A stretch of DNA of 16,366 bases, taken from positions 1 through 16,366 of the forward strand of contig JBKJLC010000076.1 in assembly GCA_046597055.1 (NCBI GenBank), in the 5' to 3' direction. The stretch comes from Kofleriaceae bacterium. Its GTDB lineage: Bacteria; Myxococcota_A; Polyangia; Haliangiales; Haliangiaceae. Below the pieces are notes generated by a model. That model ran no database searches, had not been told where the DNA came from, and worked only from the letters and a program-made list of their open reading frames with translations. The translations under genes and the position numbers were made by a program. Positions 1 to 8,100 of the stretch are shown in pieces (the stretch's first letter is position 1; every line of letters begins with the position of its first letter).

Positions 1-19
1 AGCAGTCGAGGTAGGTCAT
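1..19 (-). CDS. 5' end of next transposon gene (MTYLDC...), probably ExeA-like AAA ATPase; runs off the window
   Basis: ATG at 19-17 overlaps the transposase TGA at 18-16 (ATGA coupling). Only 6 codons are visible, so the ATPase call rests on the usual gene order of such elements. Confidence 0.4.
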
Positions 20-675
20 GGCTTCTTCCCGCGGTGGCGAGGGGGGCGACCGGCGGCTCGGTCGAGGAGCGCGCCGGCGGGATCGAACGGGATGGTCGGG
101 GTCGGCGCCTGGCCACGGCGGCGGCGCCGGGTGCGGGAGGCCGCGACCGGATCGGCGGGACGCAGGGGATAACGGTGGCCGTCGTGGACGGCGACCGGAT
201 CCCCAGCGAGCCCGGCGTGGGCGGCGACGACGGTGACGACACGGCCGGCGAGGAAGCCTTGGTCGAGCTGCCAGACGCGGCCGTCGAGATCGACGGTGCC
301 GTCCTTGCGGACGCGGCGACGGCGATGGATCGTGAGCGCGGCGGCGAGCGCCGGCTCGTCGACGGCGCGGCAGGTGGCGCCGGCCCAGGCGTCCGCAGGC
401 GCCTGGCCCATCAGGCCGCCGTGCGGCGCGCGGTGGTAGTGCTCGTCGAGGAACGCGCCGAGCCGGACCTGGACGTCGTGCAGCGAGGTAACGGCACCGA
501 GGTGGTCGAGGCAGCCGGCGCGCAGCGTGCGCCAGAAGCGTTCCATTTTTCCGCGGGCGGGCGCGTCGTACGGACGCGCGTGGATCAGCGTGATGCCCAG
601 CCGCTCGCAGCACAGCCGTAGCGCCTCGCCGGAGTACGTGCTGCCGTTATCGAGGTAGAGCGACGTCGGCGCCCG
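16..675 (-). pseudogene. DDE (rve/Mu-like) transposase, C-terminal half only
   Basis: PTSLYLDNGSTY (second catalytic D), HARPYDAPARGKMERFWRT (catalytic E), HYHRAPHGGL, and Mu-C-terminal-like RRRRVRKDGTVDLDG. No HTH region or first catalytic Asp lies upstream in frame. Confidence 0.85.
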
Positions 676-1217
676 CGCCCGGCCCGCGGCGATCTGCACC
701 GCCCGCCCCGCGGCCGCCGCGGCGCCAGTCCGGTCGCCGCGGTGCACCGCGACCACGCGCCCGCCCCGGCCGCCGCCGCCCATAGCCGCAACGTCCACCA
801 GTTCGTCGTCGAGCTTGGGCGACAAGTTCCGAGCCGGGCCCGGACCACGGTCGTCGGCAGGCCGGCGATCGCCCATAGCCCCAGGGCCAGGCAGATGGCG
901 GCCCGCCCGTAATGCCGGCGGGACTCGACGCCGCACGGCACGACCTTCAGCACGGCGTCGGAGCTCGTGCACAAGTACCGCCGGCGGGCGATCCAGGTCT
1001 CCGTCGAGGCGTCACCGACCTCGAGCGGGCCGAGGATCATGCGGTCGCGCAGGCCGTGGCCGTGCAGGCCGAGCCGGCGGCCAACGGGTCGGCCGGCCGC
1101 ATCGCACCGCGGACACCGCCCGGGCCGCGCCTCCTCGACCGTGGGCGGTCGTTGCAGCCAGGTCTTGACGTCGTGGTTGCGGTGGACGATGCGAGAGGTG
1201 TTCTTGGTTGCCGTCAC
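676..1217 (-). pseudogene. Transposon-associated zinc-ribbon protein (DUF6431-like), frameshifted and 3'-truncated
   Basis: RPGRCPRC...LHGHG.R.R...RRYLCTSS...VVP...RRHYGRAAICLALGLW. The second CxxC reads CTSS. Protein-like reading changes frame near 720 and runs into the transposase remnant. Start uncertain (GTG 1217 or 1238). Confidence 0.6.
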
Positions 1218-1238
1218 GCACGGGGCGATCGAGGACAC

Positions 1239-1270
1239 GACGCCGTCGGTGTTCGAGCACCTTCGGCGTC
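1239..1270. repeat. Imperfect hairpin just upstream of the zinc-ribbon gene
   Basis: GACGCCG (1239-1245) pairs with CGGCGTC (1264-1270) around an inner GGTGT-TCGA-GCACC stem-loop. Confidence 0.6.
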
Positions 1271-1351
1271 ACGTACTTTCGGCGAGCGACATGCCCAGCC
1301 CTTGCGAACGCGGCGGCATCCTCCCCGACCAACCGGACCAGGGCCAACTTC

Positions 1352-1388
1352 CTGCGTGATGGCGTCTCAGGCCACCGCCATCACGCAG
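1352..1388. repeat. Perfect 13-bp inverted repeat with 11-nt spacer near the transposon end
   Basis: CTGCGTGATGGCG (1352-1364) and CGCCATCACGCAG (1376-1388). Confidence 0.9.
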
Positions 1389-1436
1389 CGTGCTCCGTCC
1401 GTTACTTGTTCCCGTCGTCGGGCCCGCTCCCTAACA

Positions 1437-1756
1437 CTCGATGTGGCCTTCAGACTACGACGCGCTGAACATCGTCGCCGAGCCCGGCCAGATCACCGTG
1501 GCCGAGGGCGGCACCACGCGACCATCCGCGTCGTGCTCACCAAGCAGCCGCCGGCCAACATGGTGGTGGCCTCACCGCGGCCGACACCACCGCGGCCCGG
1601 GTCACTCCGGCACAGCTCACCTTCACCCCGGCCAGCCTTCGCGAGCGCTCCGACCGTCACCGTGACCCGCAGGCCGACGGCGTCACCCGCAGCGAGACCG
1701 CCACGGTCAACTTCCGGGCGTCGGCGCCGACGCAGCCCGCGCCGGACGTCAGCTAA
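1437..1756 (+). pseudogene. Frameshifted remnant of a Calx-beta/Ig-like repeat from a large surface protein
   Basis: Joining frames gives DYDALNIVAEPGQITVAEGGT/ATIRVVLTKQPPANMVV/GLTAADTTAARVTPAQLTFTPAS/FASAPTVTVT/ADGVTRSETATVNFRASAPTQPAPDVS. This matches the 'V.EG...V.L...P...V......V.P..LTFT......TVTVT' adhesin repeat pattern, with at least 4 frame changes. Confidence 0.7.
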
Positions 1757-2144
1757 CGGTGGCCCACCACAGTTCGTTCGCCGAAATGCAACTGTAGTCG
1801 AGCGTATCGAGCTCCCGGCCGAAGATCTGCTCCAACAGCGTTTGATCTGTGGAAAATATATGCTCTTCCATCGAGTTGACGGGTACCCAGACTATCTGGG
1901 GCAGCAGATCCGCCAACTGCGTCACCGCTGCAAGCCCGAAGCCCAACGGAACCTTTGCACATACAAGCGCGACAAGCTCACCAGACAAGAGAATACGCGC
2001 CCACTCTTCGTCTCCAGGCTCCCACTCGATAAGACTACCTGGCAACAGAGATACGACTGCGCGCAGCGCGTGCGACAGTCGCACCTGCGTCCAGTCCTCA
2101 GACCGCGCGTGAGCGGACCGCATCGCAGGATCGAGGTCGATCAC
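1749..2144 (-). CDS. Putative cognate immunity protein of the RHS toxin (131 aa)
   Basis: GTG start overlaps the toxin TGA (GTGA, 2144-2141). Small, acidic, lower GC; homologous to 9939-10334 (WExGDEE, PLGF, VWxPV, ELWxATV). Confidence 0.8.
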   Translation of the reverse strand: MIDLDPAMRSAHARSEDWTQVRLSHALRAVVSLLPGSLIEWEPGDEEWARILLSGELVALVCAKVPLGFGLAAVTQLADLLPQIVWVPVNSMEEHIFSTDQTLLEQIFGRELDTLDYSCISANELWWATVS

Positions 2145-5100
2145 GGCTGCGGCGTCCCCGGGGCACCGTGCACCATCCCTGTCTCGGTTCGGTAGACATT
2201 AATTACCTTCGTCAACTGTCCGCTGCTGCCATGAACTCCGATCACGTGGTCAAGCTCGACCTTCGCTCGATTCCGAAACCACAAACCCCAGTGGTCCGCA
2301 TAGGCGGCGGCGTCGAGCGTCGTTTTATCTGCATCAATCCGCATGAGAAATTGACTCTTTCCGCCCGTTGTGGCGCCGCTCGTGTGAACATCCTGTGCCT
2401 TGCGGCCGATAGTGTACTGACCATTCGTCAGTTGCCCGTGCCTATCCACGACGATTTTCGGCGCAATGAAACCCCGAGGGCCTGCCGGAATCGGCACCAA
2501 TGCGGACCCGCGTACCGCCGCAACCTGCCAACCGCCGACCGCACCAAGAACGGCGGCCTCCCCGTGGTCGGCAAATGTCTGGCCGCCGACCGCGGCGAGG
2601 GTCATGTTCAGGCCCGACTGCTCGGACCTGTTGGAAATAGCCTGCCGCACGCCGGCGGCCGCTTGGTCGACGCCCAGCACGAACACGGTCGCTCCAACAC
2701 CCTGCAGACCCGGAACGAACATCATCGCGGCGCCGCTGTGCGCCATCGCCGTGCCGCCGACGGCCCTGGCGACACCAAGTCCCCGATTGACGTTGCCCTT
2801 CGCGAAGCCCCACGCTGCGCACCCCCAGTCACAATCCGAGATCTCCTGAGACATGAAGTCGCGGTAGTGGGAGGGCACAGCCATTGCGGCGGCGCCGACC
2901 GCCGTGGCCGGACTGGGCGAGTCCCCAAGGTCACCGAACAGGTCGAACGAAATGACGCTGGCCGCAAGCGCGGCCCCGAGCGTCCCTCCGCTACCGCCCG
3001 ACAGTGACCGCCAGATGTTGAGAGACGGCAACATGCCGGAGGGGTCGGAGTAATTGATCGGGTCGGAGAAAGAGAACGTATAGGGGTTAGCGGTACTGGC
3101 GCGGGTGGTGACCGCGATGGGATCACGCTGGAGAAAACGCCCGAGCTGAGGGTCGTACGCGCGCGGACCCAAAATTACGAGGCCAACTTCCGGGAGGTCG
3201 TCACCGCCGTTCCACAGCTTGTCGCTGTGCTGGAACGGCGTCGTCCAGAAGTCCCCCAATACCTCCCCGAACGAACCGTAGCTCACCATCTGCACGTAGG
3301 TGCCCTCGGGCCCCGTGAACATGCGGTTCGCGCGGTCATCCGCGTGGGCGTACACCGTGGTTTCCGATGCCGGCCTGCCGAACTCGTCCAGCTCGGTGCG
3401 CAGGCTCACGAATACTCCGCGCGGACCAGGAATGTGACGGTCCAGCTGCGTGACCCCATCTGGACGAGTCCGCTCTTCCATCAAAGAGCCAAAGTGCCAG
3501 ATGTGACGCTTGCCTTCCGACCCGGCGACGAAAGTCTCGGCCCGCCCTGCCGGCCCGTACACGAAACTCGCGCTGCTCTTGTGTCCCCGTGTCACCTTCT
3601 GCAGCCGGTTGCCGGCATCGTAGGAAAGCATGCGCTCCATGCCCGCGCCTTGCGACGAATCCGATATGACATTGCCAGCTCCGTCGTATCCGAACTGACA
3701 GGGCCCCGCTGAGCCGAGCCGACACAGGCGATCGGGGTCCAAGGCGTCCGGTTGGTACTCGACGTCATTCGTCCCGCCTGTTGTGAACTTGGCAAGGCGA
3801 TTGCCAAGCGGGTCGTGCTGATAGGACTCGACGCCCCAGGCGCCACCGCCCATCTGTGCGCTGCCCTCGAGGCGACCCAAGGAATCGAAGGTGTAGCCGT
3901 AAGAGGTCCAGTGGGAGTTGACGACGTGGCGCTCGCGCGTGATGCGACCCGCGCCATCCCGCTCGAGGTACTCGTGTCGCAGCTCAGCGTTGCCGATGCC
4001 GTCGACTTCCCAAGATTCGAGCTCCTGACGTCCTCCAGGTGAATAGGAGAATCGCTCGCGTACCCCATTGCCCAACAGGTCCGAAGTATGCCGCCCGTCG
4101 GGTCGGATGTGCTCGGCCTCGAACAAGACCCCGACGCCAGCTCGGACGACCTTGCTCATACGACCGGCGGTGTCGTGATGGTAGGAGATCTTGTCCGTCG
4201 TGGCGCCGGTCTCGAGAAGGAGTGTCGTCTGGCGTCCGGCGGCTGAATACGATGCGCTCTCGCGCACTGGCTTGCCATGGCGGTCGTACAGATAGGTCAC
4301 GGAGCTCGGACGCCCGTAGGGGTCGTAGGACTGGAACACCCTTCCGATTCCCCACGTCTCTGTCCAGGACAGATGACCGCGCATATCGCCGGGGGGCTGG
4401 GACGGATGCCCGGAATGATGGTCGTAGTGAAAGTCTTCCGTCGATTCGACGACGTCTCCTGCTGCCTCCCGAGTGGTGACGAGCTCGCGCATGATGAGGC
4501 GGCCAAAACCGTCGTACCGGGAGCGGGTGCGCCGCATCGAGGTGCCATCCAGCCAAGACGACTCGAGCACGTTGCCCAGCTCGTCGTAGACCGACAGTTG
4601 CGGAGATACACCCGGCTCCTCGAACGACAGGCGCCGGCCAAGCGAGTCATAGTGGCTACGCCAGGATATCGCGCCGCTCGCCGAATCAGGCTCTGCATAT
4701 CTCCGGGTTTCTGTGATCCGGCCGAGCCGGTCCCAGCGCTGTTCTACGAGGTCAACTCGAGTCCCATTTGGGTCCGTGCGCTCGCGACTCGTCTCGCGTC
4801 CCAGCGCAGTACGCCGTGTCACGTCGTAGTAGTTTGCGCTCGATACGGTCCCGCCGCTCTCATCCGGGCCGAGGTGATGAGCGACTGCTTGGCCATCGGC
4901 GTAACTGTAGCTGTAACGGTGGACATAAGTCTTCGCCGCGATCGATGTCGAGTCGGCCGTATCGTTTCGACCTTGCGCCTCGACGACACGCACCGGGCGA
5001 CCACGACGGTCGAAGACAGTCGTGGTGCCATACAGGCTGGCAGTCGAGTCCGGCACGAAGGGCAACTCGGGGCTCGAAAACGGGTCGGCCATGAAGACCA

Positions 5101-8100
5101 CGCGACCCAGCTCATCGATTTCGCCAAGCCCCGTGATCATGGTCTCGTGGTTGTAGTCAGCACCAAGCTCGTGCTGCGTGAAACGAGCTCGACCGAGCGC
5201 GTCGAGTACCGTGTAGGAACGCTGGCGATCCGTGGCAGAATCCACCTCAGCGACCTGGGTACCGCCCGGGAACACGTCCGAGATCATGCGCCGACCAGCC
5301 GCGTCGTCCTCGTACTGGATACGCTGGGTGACAATCTTACCCGAGGGGCCGTCGGTGTAGGCCAATCGCAATCGGCCCAACGAGTCGAACCTCGCGACAG
5401 ATGCAATTCCAGCGTGGTCGATTTCCGTCACGCCGAGCGAAGGCCAGCTGGAGCTGCGGCTCCGGCGCTCGAACGCGACCCCGACGTCCGATGCCTTCTC
5501 CGTCACGGCGGTCACCGTTGCACCGAACAAGTCGCGCACGATCGTGGTTTCACGGGTGGCCGGAGTCCCCAGCAAGCGAGGCACACGTACGTTCGAAATC
5601 TCCCCGAACTGGTCGTATTCGACCTCGTCGACGACGTGGCTGCCGAGATAGCCCGTCGCGTCGTAACGATCGGAGATGCGGTGGCTCAGTCGCCCCACGA
5701 TGACCTCCCCCTCGGGAAGCCCGTCGTAACGGAAGCGGACAGCTGACAGCACGTTGGCACCGCCGTCCGCCTCTTTTTTGCGGCAATTGGTGACGACGAT
5801 GGAAGAAGGAACCGACGGGAACGCGCCGCCGTCGCGGGGAACCGCATACGCGACCAGCGTGCAGACGTCGTCGTCGTCGCGGGAGAGGTCACCATCATTT
5901 CGCATTCGCGTGGGGCGGCCGTAGAAGTCAACCTCGTCGACCCCGGCGCCCGCACGGATGTTTCGGCTCGAGGGAGGTGGCGCATCGCCTTCCCATGACT
6001 CGGTTCGTTGCGAGTAGACGATGCCGGCAGAGCCGCACATTGCCGACCCTACCGGCCGCCCACTCGCACGGTCCAACCCGGCGCAGTCGAGCGGCGGACT
6101 AGATGTTGCCAGATGGTCGACCAACTGAAGCGCCGCAGGAGTGACCTTGGTCTCTGCATGTTCCGGCAAGGGCGGGGAGGCGCCGTGAAGATAATCGGAC
6201 AGATTCGCCGGCAAGAAGCTGCCCTCGATGCGAATCGTCCTGGCAATCTGGTTCGCAGTGACCTGAGCCGCGTAGCTGGCGTGTGGGGCGGCGGAAGGCG
6301 CCCGGTAGGCGACGGTGACGACACCGTCCACCTTTCCTCGTTTGCCCGGCGTGCCTGTCAGTGTAACTTGGCGGCCATAACCCGGGAAAGTCCATCGTCC
6401 GGAGAGTGCATCGAAGGTCAGCTTGGCGCGCCCGTACGCGAAATAGGTCGGTGCAAGGCCGGCCGAACCGTCGGCGGTCCTCGTGCCCGTCTCCGCGACC
6501 ACCACCTCCGGGAACGGCGCCGCCCACGTTCCGACGGACTCGGTCTTTGCGTTGGCGTACTTTACATAGGCGGACGCCCCGTAGCCGTTGTCGACCTGCG
6601 TGATGCGTCCGACGGAGAGTGTGCCCCCATCGGACGCGGACAGGACCCGTGCCATGTAGAGAGTGTCGCCCTTCACGCGCATCAACTCGGGAACACCGTC
6701 CCCGTCCATATCCGTGAGGCCAGCGATGGTCCTCGCAGGCCCGTCGTCACACGACCCCGATGCCTCGGAGAGAGCGAAGGGCATGTCCGCGCTCGTCATG
6801 ATCTGACGCGGCGGGCCGTAGCCCGCACCCGAATTGAAGCGGACGAACCACTCCGAAGGGACTCCCGGCTCGCTTCGCCGGTGGCTGTACACCTGATCCG
6901 CAAGGCCGTCTGCGTTCAAGTCTGCCTCGCCGCCGAGTTGCCACGTCGTGTACGGGGTCGATGGTGCGGTCGCGCAGTGCACGTCCTTGTTCGTCCAGAA
7001 CGTGGGACCGCCGGGGCGGTGTGTGTCGCCTTGCCTGATCACGCCGAGCGTGCCGGAGGAGAAGGGGTCGCCAAGCGCGTAGGGCTGCCAGCTCAGCCCG
7101 GCAGGATCCGCCGAAAACTCCTCGGGCGACGCGTTGGTCGCAGTCGTCCACATCCCCAGCCCTCGCGACAAGCCCCCGCCGTACTCGCTGGTCTGTTCGA
7201 CAGGGGGTCCGGCGAATGGAGCCCCCGGCGCACCCGTGTATGCGCCATGCCGATTGAGAAAGTACGCGAGACCTGCTGTGCCGGTACCGGTGTTACTGCA
7301 CTCGTGATTATAGGGCGGGCTCGTGCCCGCAATCGAAGCAATAAACTCCCGGTGCTTCGTGTCGCATCGATACCAGCCACTCGGGCCGGTCGTCGGGTCG
7401 CTTGGACACTGATGATGGCCCGTGTCGAAGTCCTGCTCGCACTGACGGACAGGCGCGGTCAACGTGACGAAGTCGGGAAAACCGTCCTCGTTCTTGTCGG
7501 CCAGTTGCCACTCCGTCATGGTGTCGTAGCTGCGCACCAAGCCTGTCTGTGGGCAGGGCACCTTGCTACAGTTGAAGTTGCCAGCCCCCCATTCGCACTG
7601 CCACAGCTGGCAGGAGGTCGACTCGCTTCGAGGCCACGAGCGGGTCCGCTCCAAGGGTACGCGTCGCGGCCACGTAGTTCCCGGAAGTCGGTCGCTGTGG
7701 TCGAGAATGGGTTCCAGCCCGCTTGTTTCGAGGTACGCGTGAATCGCGGAGATGTCCACCTCGATCGCGCGCCAGTTGACGGGCCCCCCGGCGTGCTGGT
7801 TGAGCCAGACCGTCCATTTGTTCTGGGCCCGCCCCTCACGGGCGTCGACCACATCCAGAAGGCCGTCGCCGTTCCAGTCCAGGAATTGCGTCCAAGTCTC
7901 GGTCGTGACCATCGCCTGCCGAGCCCATCGGTGCGGCAGGCTGGTGCCGGTGTACCGAAACGTGCTCGTGACATGAAGCTCGGCCGGCTCGGTCCATGTC
8001 GTCACCTGAGACGCGATGTCCGGTCCACTTGGCGTGAGCCGATTCTTGTACATCACCCACGTGCCTCCGACCTTCAGCAGCAGGTCTGGCAAGCCGTCGC

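Larger units (their letters stand above)
1..1436 (-). mobile_element. Internally deleted Mu-like/ExeA-associated transposable element, one end at about 1436, extending beyond the left window edge
   Basis: Gene order zinc-ribbon, transposase, coupled next gene. The minus strand begins TGTTAGGGAG at 1436, a subterminal inverted repeat lies at 1352-1388, and unrelated coding-like sequence starts right after 1436. Confidence 0.6.

Noticed and set aside
16..972. 318-aa ORF as an intact transposase
   Set aside because: The first ~100 aa are an alternative frame of the zinc-ribbon gene; the HTH and first catalytic Asp are absent.
912..2195. 427-aa plus-strand ORF
   Set aside because: Arg/Pro-rich chance frame crossing three unrelated elements; only short pieces belong to the adhesin remnant.
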